A stretch of 64,000 nt of DNA from an uncultured Chlamydiae bacterium (GCA_963754655.1 CAVWGN010000001.1:928001-992000); one strand, 5' to 3'; shown: positions 43,312 to 53,751, counted from the stretch's first letter. Numbers and translations are program-made. Notes: generated by a model not told the origin, from the sequence alone.

Positions 43312-44277
43312 TTATTCACGATATAGTTTGTAATATTTCTCATAGCCTATGCCTGGAGGTGGTTGTTGCTTTGCTCTCTTTGACAAAAAGAAATCAGCGA
43401 GCACTTTATTTTCTTGCATGACCGCAATTTGAAAAGGCGTCAAACCGCTTTTATCTTTGGTGTCAACATCTGCCCCAAAATTTACTAAAAGTTTAACGAT
43501 CTCTTCTAAACCAGCTTTAACAGATAGTTGTAGAGCTCTATGCCCATTTGAAGTTTGATCATTCGGGCTACATCCACTTCTTAATAAAGCTTTCACTATA
43601 GCGAGTCCTTTTTCTCCACTTATGTGTGTTCGGTAGAAGCTATTTCTAATCAGCTCACTAAGATTCGGATTGCTCGCTCCTAGCTTTTTCATAAAATCAA
43701 CCAAAGGCACATAATCACCTCTGTCAGCACTGTTAAGCGTTTTAATATAGTCTTTGCGTACAATACCTTCTTGATTCAAATGACTCGGCCATACGGGATG
43801 TTGACATCTGAAAGCCAAAAGAAAACGGTCGGCGATTAAGCGCGAAAAGCGACCATTACCATTCTCAAAAGGATGAATAAAAACTAAGCGGTGATGTATT
43901 CTTGCAGCCATTTCTACAAAAGTAAGCTCAACAGGGTATTCCGACCAAGAGGAAACTTCTAGGCAAAGCTCTGCAAGCTGTATAGGTATTAAGCTGGCAT
44001 TGATACCTATAGATGTTATAGATTTTCTGTATACTCCTGCCCATTCCCACACATCTCCAAACATAGCTTGATGGATAGCTTTAAGTTCTTTCACTTGAAA
44101 CCAGGTTTGGGGATCGCCAATTCTTCCTTGGAGGTATTTTCTTTGTGCATTGAGTATATTTTCTGCTTCCACGCGATTGAGATCATGTAGATGATGAACC
44201 CAAACAGGGATGAGCCCGCTGCAATCACCTATGGGAGTAGCGCCTTCTGGAAATTCAAAACGCTCAGGCATTTTCAT
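43312..44277 (-). CDS. Mobile mystery protein B (Fic domain) with C-terminal ankyrin repeats
   Basis: PEGATP, H..MFG.VW.WAG.YR, HPFENGNGRFSR; then NG..AL..SV..G..EIV.LL...GADV...D..G.TP...A. Confidence 0.85.
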   Translation of the reverse strand: MKMPERFEFPEGATPIGDCSGLIPVWVHHLHDLNRVEAENILNAQRKYLQGRIGDPQTWFQVKELKAIHQAMFGDVWEWAGVYRKSITSIGINASLIPIQLAELCLEVSSWSEYPVELTFVEMAARIHHRLVFIHPFENGNGRFSRLIADRFLLAFRCQHPVWPSHLNQEGIVRKDYIKTLNSADRGDYVPLVDFMKKLGASNPNLSELIRNSFYRTHISGEKGLAIVKALLRSGCSPNDQTSNGHRALQLSVKAGLEEIVKLLVNFGADVDTKDKSGLTPFQIAVMQENKVLADFFLSKRAKQQPPPGIGYEKYYKLYRE

Positions 44278-44731
44278 CCCATAATTTAGAATTTGGTCCT
44301 TGCAGGAGTCGTTCTTCTTCTTGCTTTATTAATTCTGAAATAAATCTAGGATCAGGCTGTTGGTCTTCTAAGTTCATCGTTCCTTCGAGATAACGAACTT
44401 GTTTTTCAGCCATTATTCTGGCTTGCTTACGCCGAATAGCATCTATTGAATCTTGTAGAAGTGGAACAATGACAAGGTCGCATGAAATTGCGCTTAAAAT
44501 TTTATTCAAGGTTGAAAGATTAGCATCTCTTTCTTCTTGCTCAATACGTGAGATTGTAGATTGGGGAACTCCGGCTCGTTTTGCCAAGGCTTTTTGCGAC
44601 ATCCCTAATTGTACACGAATAGATTTAATGAGAGCTCCAATCGTAAGACCTCTAACTGCTACTCTTGTTTTTTGAGCGGCTTGCATGATCTCTTCAATAA
44701 GAAGCTTTTCCGAGGGCGAAAATGATTTCAT
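44264..44731 (-). CDS. Mobile mystery protein A (XRE HTH)
   Basis: I.SIR..LGMSQ..LA.R.GV.Q..IS.IE, TM.LEDQ, LWD end; overlaps protein B. Confidence 0.85.
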   Translation of the reverse strand: MKSFSPSEKLLIEEIMQAAQKTRVAVRGLTIGALIKSIRVQLGMSQKALAKRAGVPQSTISRIEQEERDANLSTLNKILSAISCDLVIVPLLQDSIDAIRRKQARIMAEKQVRYLEGTMNLEDQQPDPRFISELIKQEEERLLQGPNSKLWDENA

Positions 44732-44913
44732 AAGTTTACCTCACAACTTAATGATAGCATATACGACATAATTTCCAATAGAAAATATGCCAATTTAACA
44801 TAGAAAAACATGTAGAATATATCATAAAAGCTGTATATTACGAGATAGAGAGCTGATTTTGGAAGGAATTCATTTCAGGCTGATAGAATTTTTCTTAATG
44901 CAAGTAATAAAAT

Positions 44914-45335
44914 CCCACATTCCTAGACCAGGAAGATAAGTTTTTTGAATTAGATAAGAGCTCTGTCGTTAGGCCTGAAGGGCCGTCATGTTACAGCCCA
45001 GGTCGCAGCGAAGCGGAGGCCTGGGTAAAATAAAAAAGAATCGAGTCCTGAAAGGACGGCATACTCAAAGGAGTGATTTCGCTTCGCAAGAGAATGGAGG
45101 ATTTTCTATCTCTACATTAGCTCTAGAAGGAGAAAAAAATATCTTGCTTCTCAAAAAGAACACCAAATATTTGTGGGATTAATTTATGCCGTCCTTTCAG
45201 GACTCGATTCTTTTTTTATTTTACCCAGGCCTTCGCTTCGCTTCGACCTGGGCTGTAACATGACGGCCCTTCAGGCCTAACGACAGAGCTCGTAACTAAT
45301 TCAAAAAACTTATTCTCCTGGTCTAGGAATGTGGG
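44914..45335. mobile_element. 422-bp palindromic MITE with CCCACATT ends, copy 2
   Basis: Differs from copy 1 at only a few bases; flanked by the 6-bp direct repeat TAAAAT. Confidence 0.92.
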
Positions 45336-45460
45336 TAAAATGTAAGGAAATTTCATGAAAAATGGAGTAACACTAACTAGACGGCAGTTGCACGTTTTAC
45401 CGCATGAAGCTTATGTAATTGGCAAAATTTCCATCAAACAATACAGCTTGGGATTTTTTT

Positions 45461-46537
45461 CTACAAAATTTGAGATGATTTTTCTACAGTTGACTCCCAA
45501 AAAAGGTCAGGGCGTGATAGAGTCTTTGCAGCTTCATTATGAATAGTTTTAATTCTTTCGTATTGATCTGGCGCAATTATTTGTAGAGTCCCTAAAGTTT
45601 CTTGATTTTTTTCATTTCTCAACCACTTAGCAGCAATTATTGCATCTTGTTTAACACCATCACGATAGTAAAACTCAATTTCATCTGCATGTTTAAGAAA
45701 AGTATCGTTTATGCGTTGTGGAAGTAATAAACCTTTTTCTATTACGTCCTGTTCTGTGGTTTGAACAAAGGTTTTATCCCTTTCTTGAATAGAACCCCAT
45801 CTAACGTCATCGGGAGCTGAAACGTATATAAGTCTAATGAGGTATCCTTGCGCTTTTAAGAACTCGAAAAAATTACCAGTAGCTGGACCTGAAGATGTTG
45901 TTCCAAAATAAAAGGCACATTTTTCTCGAATAAGGTTTCCTAGAATTAAATGAGTTGCAGCGTTTGAACCTGGTCTCCATTTATTATAAGCATTCTGACG
46001 GACAAGTTTTGAGCTATCACTGCTCTCTATCTCAGCTTTATATGTCCTGGTCTGGTTTTTTAAACAAACATCATCTGGGCAAATGTAAGCGTAATGCTTT
46101 CCTTGAAGGGCATTAATTTCAAGATCTTGTCTTAATTTAGTAGTTTTCCCTGCACCAGGCGCTCCAGCTGTCATAATAGCTATATTTTCTTTAGCAGGGT
46201 TTGCTGAAATGATCTGTTGATATAATTCATTAATATCTTCACGCAGTTTTTCCGACTCTTCAAATGTATAGTTCTCAGAATTGTCAAAGGCTTTTCCTGA
46301 AAGGAAACCTTCCAGCACATTTTGAGGCAAAGAGTACTGATAGTGTGAATTGTATATGAGATCTAAATTACATACGTTATGTGTGACAAGGCTTGACATG
46401 GCCACCTCCTGCAATTGCTCTTTGGCCTTTAAAGTGCTATCAAGCATAAAGAAAGAGGCTATAGAAGCAATGATAAAATTTGATAAGTTTTGCTTGTTCA
46501 TAATAAGGACTATAAAGCAAAAAAAATGTACGCTCAA
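45461..46537 (-). CDS. Zeta-toxin-family P-loop kinase
   Basis: TAGAPGAGKTT, I.PDD, GY.I.L.YV...R; start uncertain. Confidence 0.7.
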   Translation of the reverse strand: MSVHFFCFIVLIMNKQNLSNFIIASIASFFMLDSTLKAKEQLQEVAMSSLVTHNVCNLDLIYNSHYQYSLPQNVLEGFLSGKAFDNSENYTFEESEKLREDINELYQQIISANPAKENIAIMTAGAPGAGKTTKLRQDLEINALQGKHYAYICPDDVCLKNQTRTYKAEIESSDSSKLVRQNAYNKWRPGSNAATHLILGNLIREKCAFYFGTTSSGPATGNFFEFLKAQGYLIRLIYVSAPDDVRWGSIQERDKTFVQTTEQDVIEKGLLLPQRINDTFLKHADEIEFYYRDGVKQDAIIAAKWLRNEKNQETLGTLQIIAPDQYERIKTIHNEAAKTLSRPDLFWESTVEKSSQIL

Positions 46538-46609
46538 GGGAAAAAGCAGTGCGGTGCACTAACGGTGCAATAACTCCACTTAAGACGACCGGCATCTTTT
46601 TTGAGAGGT

Positions 46610-47452
46610 TTAGCAGCGGCTCAAAGGAGAAATCATAAAAGGGTTAGAGGTTTGCCATTCTCCATGAATTAGAAGATGACTTTTGTCGTAAAGATAAGCT
46701 TGAGGAGTAGCTTCATCGGTAAAGTGATCTGGAGAGAAGTAAAAATAAATATCTTTGATCTCTGCTGGTAAATGCTCAAGAATGGTGTTGAGAGAAGGAA
46801 TCTTGCTAGCAACGACATCCAAAAGATGCAGCGTTTTGTCTTCAAGTAAATAAGAAATCAATCCATCTATTGTTGGGCTGTAATGGACTGACCAATACGA
46901 TGGGTAAGTAGCAAATAAAGTATTAAATGAGGCGATTAAACCATAATCCTTTATCCACAGACGATTGGAGACAGGTTCTCGCTCATAAAAACAGCGTAAA
47001 AAAAGATTATTATCTTGAGGGGCTATAAGAGGTCTCAATAGTTTTGTTCCTTTCGGATGCGGATAAGAAAGATGAAAGCGGTATTCCTGGATTCGCTGAA
47101 AGGAAAGCTTTTCATAGAAAGCAGATATTTCGGTGAATAGAAATACTGTTTCACACCGTCCTTTTGCCCATTGAAGCGCTTCTTGAATCAATGCCGTTGC
47201 AAGACCCTGTCCTTGATAAGTGGATTTTGTGCAGATGCCATGCAAAGCACCCATGTTATGCCACTGACCCTCTACTAGCATAGGACATTCTAGTAGAGCA
47301 ACGTGAGATAGAACTTCTCCTTTTTCTTCCTTGTTAAAAAGCTTGCTTGCTTCCCAGGTAAACCCAAGCGCTTCGCAACGCACAATATTTTCCTTAATGC
47401 CAGGAAATGATTCTTCGAGTAAATTGACGTAAGATTTCTGGTTTTTTTTCAT
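46610..47452 (-). CDS. GNAT acetyltransferase
   Basis: YQGQGLA..L, FYEK..F. Confidence 0.82.
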   Translation of the reverse strand: MKKNQKSYVNLLEESFPGIKENIVRCEALGFTWEASKLFNKEEKGEVLSHVALLECPMLVEGQWHNMGALHGICTKSTYQGQGLATALIQEALQWAKGRCETVFLFTEISAFYEKLSFQRIQEYRFHLSYPHPKGTKLLRPLIAPQDNNLFLRCFYEREPVSNRLWIKDYGLIASFNTLFATYPSYWSVHYSPTIDGLISYLLEDKTLHLLDVVASKIPSLNTILEHLPAEIKDIYFYFSPDHFTDEATPQAYLYDKSHLLIHGEWQTSNPFMISPLSRC

Positions 47453-47567
47453 GCGCTATCTTAAAGTTGGTTTTTCAGTCATTCAAATGATTGATTAATG
47501 ATATCGGGTCTTTTGCGTACATAAGGATCCATGTCCTCAACTCGTAGATATGTCACATTTACACCGC

Positions 47568-47717
47568 CATGGGTGCTGGTCCAGTCAGCCTTTTCATAAC
47601 TTCGCCAGTCATGGAGCTGATGCTTTTAGAATTCTCGCTGTAGGCATAGGAAGGCTCGAAAGTAAAGGTGTATCTGCCTAAGAGTGCGGCGGTTAAGAGC
47701 AAAATATGTTATCTAAT
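47568..47717 (+). pseudogene. Phage terminase large-subunit C-terminal remnant 1
   Basis: Hand translation HGCWSSQPFHNFASHGADAFRILAVG. Confidence 0.65.
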
Positions 47718-48123
47718 ATGCTAATAAAAACGCAACTGTTAGAATTAGTTTAGCATATAGAGAAATGCACTCATTTTATAAGAAATCGGCTAACTATTCC
47801 TGGAAACAGTTTCTTCTATCCTTTGCAAGCATTTAGCAAGAATTTCGCTTACATCTTTCATACTTCTTTTGCTACCAAGACCTTGTTTTTCTAGTTTTTC
47901 TTATGTACACTGTTCTTATGTTAAAAAATAGCAAACATAATATTTAAAAAAGGAAAAGGGGAGTCGCTAATTAAATGCTAATTTTAACGGGCCACACAGC
48001 AGCAGGCAAAAATACGATTGGGCATTTGCTTGCTAAGCAAGGGAAATGAAAATTCATTCGACAGTGGTTTTTCAGCGGCCTTTGATCAGATATGTATAGG
48101 TTTTTGCGAACTGTTTCTAACCC

Positions 48124-48219
48124 CATCCAACTCATAACTTTGCTAGTCATGGAGCTGATGCTTTTAGGATGTTGGCCGTAGGAATCGGCAAGTTCGGAAA
48201 AAAATCTTGCATTAAGTAA
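48124..48219 (+). pseudogene. Phage terminase large-subunit C-terminal remnant 2
   Basis: Hand translation HPTHNFASHGADAFRMLAVG. Confidence 0.65.
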
Positions 48220-48276
48220 GATAATCAAATATTTTCTTCTTTCAATGGTTAATGTTACACAACTTAGGAGGATATT

Positions 48277-48687
48277 ATGATTTCTGTTAGCGGTACGACA
48301 GGGGTAACTTGTCAAGATAATCTATGGCCACCCAGGCAATGTCTCAAACCTGAAATAATTACAGAAAAAAAATGGACAACAGAATATGAAGGATACAGCT
48401 CAGGTAAGCAATTGACTTGGAATAGTTCGATTCTGTCAATACCTTTGCAATATGGCGGAGGATGTCAACATCCATTTAAAATATATATTTTAGATAATTC
48501 AAATGACCAAAAGTCTTTTGTACTTCTTCTGGAAGACCAAATAAAAGACGATGACCGAGAAGCACTTATTCACAGCATTATTAATGTTGATTTAAAAGAC
48601 TATGCCAAACCAGGCACAATATTTAAAGTAATGATGTTAGGTTGGGGTAATTCAGCAAATAAAGTGGGTGAATCAATTTTTAGTTAG
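48277..48687 (+). CDS. Hypothetical protein
   Basis: AGGAGG RBS; QYGGGC..H motif; function unknown. Confidence 0.6.
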   Translation: MISVSGTTGVTCQDNLWPPRQCLKPEIITEKKWTTEYEGYSSGKQLTWNSSILSIPLQYGGGCQHPFKIYILDNSNDQKSFVLLLEDQIKDDDREALIHSIINVDLKDYAKPGTIFKVMMLGWGNSANKVGESIFS

Positions 48688-48877
48688 TGGACTCATTTAA
48701 TTTATATTCATCGTAAAACATAGCCTTTATAATGGAATATAAATTATTCTTCTTTTTGTGGTGCACTGATGGTGCAACGACGAACCTATTGCACCATCAA
48801 GATCCAATAAAATTCAGTTGCTTGAAATAAGGCTTTTAAAGGTAGAACGTTCAACTAATGACCGTCGCTATTTGATA

Positions 48878-48934
48878 AACTTGTGACAAACCCATGTCGC
48901 AACTTATGACAAACTTGCGACACAACTTATGACA
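48878..48934 (+). repeat. Four copies of AACTT(A/G)(T/C)GACA
   Basis: Copies at 48878, 48901, 48912, 48924. Confidence 0.75.
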
Positions 48935-49039
48935 GTTAAATCGTATTAAGTTTGTTTATTAATACCGAACGAAACAAAATGGCTTCTCTTTTTTCAAACT
49001 GTTCAATTGGAGTCCATTCCACCCAGTGAGTACTCCCTC

Positions 49040-49210
49040 TTTTGACATCCTTACACAAAAATCGATTTCGTCATGCAAGAGCTTTAAATTCATCGTAATA
49101 CAGCCATAAAATATCTTGAAGAATTAGTGCGAATTGGGCTACTAACCAAGCATAAAATAGGTAAGAAAATTTTTACCTTAATACAGCTCTATATGATCTT
49201 TTAGGAAATT
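49040..49210 (+). pseudogene. Fic-family C-terminal remnant
   Basis: HPYTKIDFVMQEL*..R.TA.KYL.ELVRIGLL, paralogous to 18460-18590. Confidence 0.75.
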
Positions 49211-49306
49211 CTAGTTCGATCCTCTGAAAAAAATTTGGTAGACAAATTATGTACGTATACGTACAATCGCATCAAACAATGTTATTTCAACTTAAAGGAG
49301 ATATTT

Positions 49307-49678
49307 ATGTTAGCCGCCAATTTAGGCTTTGTTTTACTCTTTGTAACTAATCCCCAAAAAAGCAGCCTTTTCTACCAACAAATTTTTGAAATTCAACCAA
49401 TCGAAGAGTCTTCTACATTTGTCATGTTTGCATTGAAAAATGGTGTAATGTTAGGTCTTTGGTCTAAATATACAGCAGAACCTCGTGTAGAAGCTTCACC
49501 TGGCGCACTGGAGATATGTTTTCCCGCTAGTGATGTTGATACTCTTTATAAAAATTGGGGTAAAAAACATGTCACAATTGCTCAAAAACCTACCGATATG
49601 GATTTTGGACGCACTTTTGTTGCATTAGATCCTGATGGACATAGAATTAGAATTTATCATTTAAACGAGGTAAGCTAA
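49307..49678 (+). CDS. VOC/glyoxalase-family protein
   Basis: S..FY..IF, Q.PT.MDFG.TF...DPDGHRIR; AAGGAG RBS. Confidence 0.88.
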   Translation: MLAANLGFVLLFVTNPQKSSLFYQQIFEIQPIEESSTFVMFALKNGVMLGLWSKYTAEPRVEASPGALEICFPASDVDTLYKNWGKKHVTIAQKPTDMDFGRTFVALDPDGHRIRIYHLNEVS

Positions 49679-50096
49679 TGCATTGGCTAGCTGTTGCAAG
49701 TCGAGAACATGTGAAGAGAGGAATTGCTGGCGGATTTGCTCAAGTTTGTCATGGAAAACCAGGGCCATTAAAGCAGATGTCCCAGGCGATTGGCCTGTTT
49801 ACTATTCTCCAACTGAACTTTTTGGTGAAAAAATACCTTGTTGCAAGTTTACTGCAATCGGTTTTGTTAAGCCAAGAGAACCGTATCAATTTCAAATAAG
49901 TTCTGATTTTATACCATGGCGAAGAGATATTGAATTTATGGAATCCAACGAAACTTCAAGTTTGCCTTTAATCGATAGTCTTTCGTTTATTCAAAATAAA
50001 CAAAGATGGGGATTTACTTTTCGACATGGTTGTTTCAGTATTTCTTCAAATGATTTTCAAATAATTGCCTCTAGTATGGAGATTATGGTACAATGA
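49678..50096 (+). pseudogene. EVE-domain protein, frameshifted
   Basis: W..VAS.EHV.RG..GGFAQVCHGK..PL, then GD...YYSP...FTAIG in another frame. Confidence 0.8.
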
Positions 50097-50569
50097 CACC
50101 GTCTATTAATTTTAATGAAATGAGTATTCATTCTTCAGCTGAGGAAAGTCCAGGATTTTTACTATGGCGAGTGAGCACGCTATGGCGTAAATCAATTGAA
50201 GCAGTTTTGAAGCCAATTGGACTTACACATCCGCAATTTGTTGTTCTTGCAACTACAGCTTGGCTGACAAGAAATGGTGATAAAGTAAGTCAAATTGCCA
50301 TTGGAAAACAAGCAGCTTTAGATCCTAATACTCTTTCACAAATACTGAGGGGATTACAGACTAAAGGGCTTATAGAACGATCTCATGTTAGCGAAAGATC
50401 TAAATACCCTATACTTACATCTATAGGTGTTGAAAGTTTGACAAAAGCGATGAGAGCTGTAGAGAGTGCAGATGCAGCTTTTTTTGCATCTGTTGATATA
50501 GGAGAATCAAAAATTCTTAAAACCTTACAGATTCTTGCTCATACTGAATCTTTAAAAAATAAAAAATAA
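50093..50569 (+). CDS. MarR-family regulator
   Basis: SPGFLLW, GLTHPQF..L, L..KGLI.R, LT..G. Confidence 0.88.
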   Translation: MTPSINFNEMSIHSSAEESPGFLLWRVSTLWRKSIEAVLKPIGLTHPQFVVLATTAWLTRNGDKVSQIAIGKQAALDPNTLSQILRGLQTKGLIERSHVSERSKYPILTSIGVESLTKAMRAVESADAAFFASVDIGESKILKTLQILAHTESLKNKK

Positions 50570-51464
50570 TGATCATGAAAAAATTAGTTTCAAAACTAGA
50601 AGTTCACCAAACTTTACCTGAAGGCTTTGTTCCTCAAGTTCAGGTTGCTGCTTGTTATATCGAAATAAACAACCAGCTTCTTTTTTTGCAAAGATCCCAA
50701 GAAAAATTAGAAGGTGGCAAGTGGGGTGTGCCAGCAGGTAAGCTCGAAGATAGTGAATCTCCAGAAAATGCTGCAAAAAGAGAGTTATTTGAGGAAACTG
50801 GTATTTCTTTAGAAGATGCGCAAATCCAACGTTTGAATGCATTGTACATACGCAAGCCTGAAGTTGATTATATTTACCATCCCTTTAAAATTCACTTAGA
50901 CCAGATACCTGAGATTTGTTTGTCTGATGAACATCAAAGTTATATATGGGCTAACTCAAGGAATATTGAAAACATAGCTTTAATGGATGGCGCAAAAGAA
51001 GCTTTACAGCATTATCGGGCTATGGTCATAAAAAAAGAATGGGAACCAGTGTGAATGTTTATCTTATTTTAAAACAGGGGGATAAGATCCTCCTGCATTT
51101 AAGAAAAAATACAGGCTATTGTGATGGAATGTGGAGCTTAGTAGCTGGACATGTTGAAAATGGTGAACCTACTACGGCTGCATTAATACGAGAAACTGAT
51201 GAAGAAATCGGTATCAAATTATCTTCCGATCAAATCAAAGTTGTTCATGTCATGCACCGTCAGACAAACCGATTGAATGTCGATATCTTCTTTGACTGTT
51301 CCTCATGGGAAGAAATGATTAAAAATTGTGAGCCCGAAAAATGTGACAAGCTGGAGTTTTTTCCAATAGAAAATTTACCAAGGAATATTGTTAATTATAA
51401 CGTACTGGCTCTTCAAGCTATTCGAGAGGGTAAACTTTACTCGGAAGAAGGATGGCGTTTATGA
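50569..51464 (+). CDS. Two NUDIX domains (50569-51054, 51039-51464), possibly one frameshifted gene
   Basis: Nudix boxes GKLE..E....AAKRELFEETG and GHVE.GE......RE..EEIG. Confidence 0.75.
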
Positions 51465-51600
51465 TCTTGCAAAAAGAATTTTATTTTGTTCGGCACGGAC
51501 AAACCAACCATAATATTTTGGATGGTGCAGATAAGGGCGATCATCCTGATGACATCTCATTAAATGAACTAGGTAAAAATCAGGCAAAACTCATCTTTTT
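51461..51600 (+). pseudogene. Histidine-phosphatase N-terminal remnant
   Basis: MILQKEFYFVRHGQT..N....LN.LG..QA. Confidence 0.6.
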
Positions 51601-51815
51601 ATTTCTCTTCTGATCGATTAACAAATGAAGCTCTTAAGTCGCTGCTGAAAATAACAAATAAAAGTGAATCCATCGATTTAGCACACTACAGCGCTATTCC
51701 TAAAGAGGTGTTACTTAAAGCCGCATCATTCATTTTATCTAGTTTAAAAAGGATTTTAAGAGCTTGTTTTATTTTGCTGCGAATTAAAAAAATTCTCTTT
51801 TACTTCATCTTGAAA

Positions 51816-52667
51816 TTATGTGGTATAGTATTTTATAACTTCCAAAACAAATGGGGATGCTTTTGCTTCTTGAATCTCACTCATTTTTTTCCATTCATAT
51901 TTTAATAGATCCTTTGATACTTCACTTGAGAGATATAAGCCAGAAATTGAATAGATAAGTCCAATTCGATGAAATGAATAAGAATCATTGTCATTTGGAA
52001 CATCTACTCTTTCTGTTAAGTTGCAAAGAAACTTCATCGATTTAAAGTGCATAGAGACTTCCTCATGAAATTCTCGTCGTAGTGTCTCTTCAATTGTTTC
52101 CCCAAACTCGATGCGCCCGCCAGGTAAGTCAAATTTTCCTTGATGACAGCCTGATTGCTGAGTAATGAGTAAAATCTTTCCGTTTTGAATTACAACGCCA
52201 TAGGCACCGGTTCGCATAATTTGTTTGGAAGGAGGAGTTAGACTATTTATTAAACCTTTTGTGAGATAATGAAAAGTGGTATTTTTGGCATATCCTTCTC
52301 TAGAAAAATCTATGAAAAAGCCATTTTTTTGATAGAATTCAAGTGCTTGAAAGCTCATTGTCTCGACAAATGCAAATTGACAGCCTCTTTTTTTGCCAAA
52401 CTCTAATGCATATTCCATTAGCTGAGTTGCGATTCTTTGGCCTCTGTATTTCTTTTCTACAAAGAGATATTTGATATGAAGCTGCTCCCAAAATATTTGA
52501 ACAACGATAGCGCCTACAAATTTGTTCTGATCGAAAATTTCAAATGAAATAGGATCTTCACTCAAGCCATTGATGCCCGTGGCCTCAATTGCTTGCTCAC
52601 TAAAGCCTTGAAAAATTTTCTTTTTGATCTCATCGCTAAGTGGATTTTGTTTAATTTGAAAGCTCAT
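51816..52667 (-). CDS. GNAT-NUDIX fusion
   Basis: YRGQ.IA..L, T.SFQA..FY.K.GF; PGGRIEFGE.....L.REF.EE. Confidence 0.85.
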   Translation of the reverse strand: MSFQIKQNPLSDEIKKKIFQGFSEQAIEATGINGLSEDPISFEIFDQNKFVGAIVVQIFWEQLHIKYLFVEKKYRGQRIATQLMEYALEFGKKRGCQFAFVETMSFQALEFYQKNGFFIDFSREGYAKNTTFHYLTKGLINSLTPPSKQIMRTGAYGVVIQNGKILLITQQSGCHQGKFDLPGGRIEFGETIEETLRREFHEEVSMHFKSMKFLCNLTERVDVPNDNDSYSFHRIGLIYSISGLYLSSEVSKDLLKYEWKKMSEIQEAKASPFVLEVIKYYTT

Positions 52668-53068
52668 AAATTTCTTTCCTACCGCAATATCATGAGGCCT
52701 TGATGGCTTTCCAAAGAGCTTGATTGTACAAATTTAAAGTATCAAGTGTTTTGCCGTCTTCTCTCAAAATATCTGCTTGTTCACGAAGCATTTTAGGAGA
52801 ATCTGCCATGTATACAACATTCAAGATTGTCAAAGTCATAGCAATTCCTATAATGCAATTTTTGATCATACTGTTAAGATTTACCTAAGGTTAGTGTTGC
52901 GATGCACAAGCGGTGCGCCGGATAGTTTGTCTTACCATTAAAATAAAATCCAATCATATTTTAGCCATAAAGGCTTGAGCAGATGTTCAAAGCGGCTAGA
53001 AAATATTAATTATATCAATTTCTTTATTTGAGCAAAAATAGCTGCTTATTTATGAGTTTCATCGCATT

Positions 53069-53647
53069 CTACACAATAGTTATACCGAATCCCTTAAGCA
53101 ATCCAACAGCTTCAGGAAGCGAAAATTTTGCTTTTTTAATTTTATTCGTTTGAGGATCAATATCATATCGCATAGCAGAGGTAAAATCTGCCATTGAAAG
53201 GTCACAATTATGAAACACAGTCCCAGATAAATCTACCTCGCCAAAATCCGCGTTATTGAGGTTGGTGTTTGTAAAGTGACATTCCTTCAGCTTACTTCCA
53301 CTAAATGAAACTTTTTTCATGTTTAGATCAGAAAAATTGCAATAATGTAATAAGCACTTTTCAAATTTTGGAGAGAAAAAAGTTTTTTCACATTTGAAAA
53401 ATTCAGCTCCTACTATTTTGCAAGCTATAAAACGCACGTCCTGAAAACGGCAACCATCAAGTTTTGGAAGACTCAAATTACAGTTAGTGAAGATACAAGC
53501 GCAAAACTGTACGTTGCGAAGAAGTGATTCAGAAAAATCACAATTATTAAAAGAACAAGAAATAAAAATCTGATTTTCCAACGATTTTTTTGAAAAATTT
53601 TGTGATTGAATTACTTGGTTTTCTAAACTTGTTGGTTGCTTTATCAT
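53069..53647 (-). CDS. Pentapeptide-repeat protein
   Basis: Repeats of F..C.F/L..A.F throughout. Confidence 0.9.
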   Translation of the reverse strand: MIKQPTSLENQVIQSQNFSKKSLENQIFISCSFNNCDFSESLLRNVQFCACIFTNCNLSLPKLDGCRFQDVRFIACKIVGAEFFKCEKTFFSPKFEKCLLHYCNFSDLNMKKVSFSGSKLKECHFTNTNLNNADFGEVDLSGTVFHNCDLSMADFTSAMRYDIDPQTNKIKKAKFSLPEAVGLLKGFGITIV

Positions 53648-53751
53648 TGACTAATCCTACTTGTGAATGATGATGTTAATTGATGCAGTAGGGAAAATCA
53701 ATAAGGATAAAGACGGGATTGAATATCAGTCAACTTGACCGCGGTTATGTA

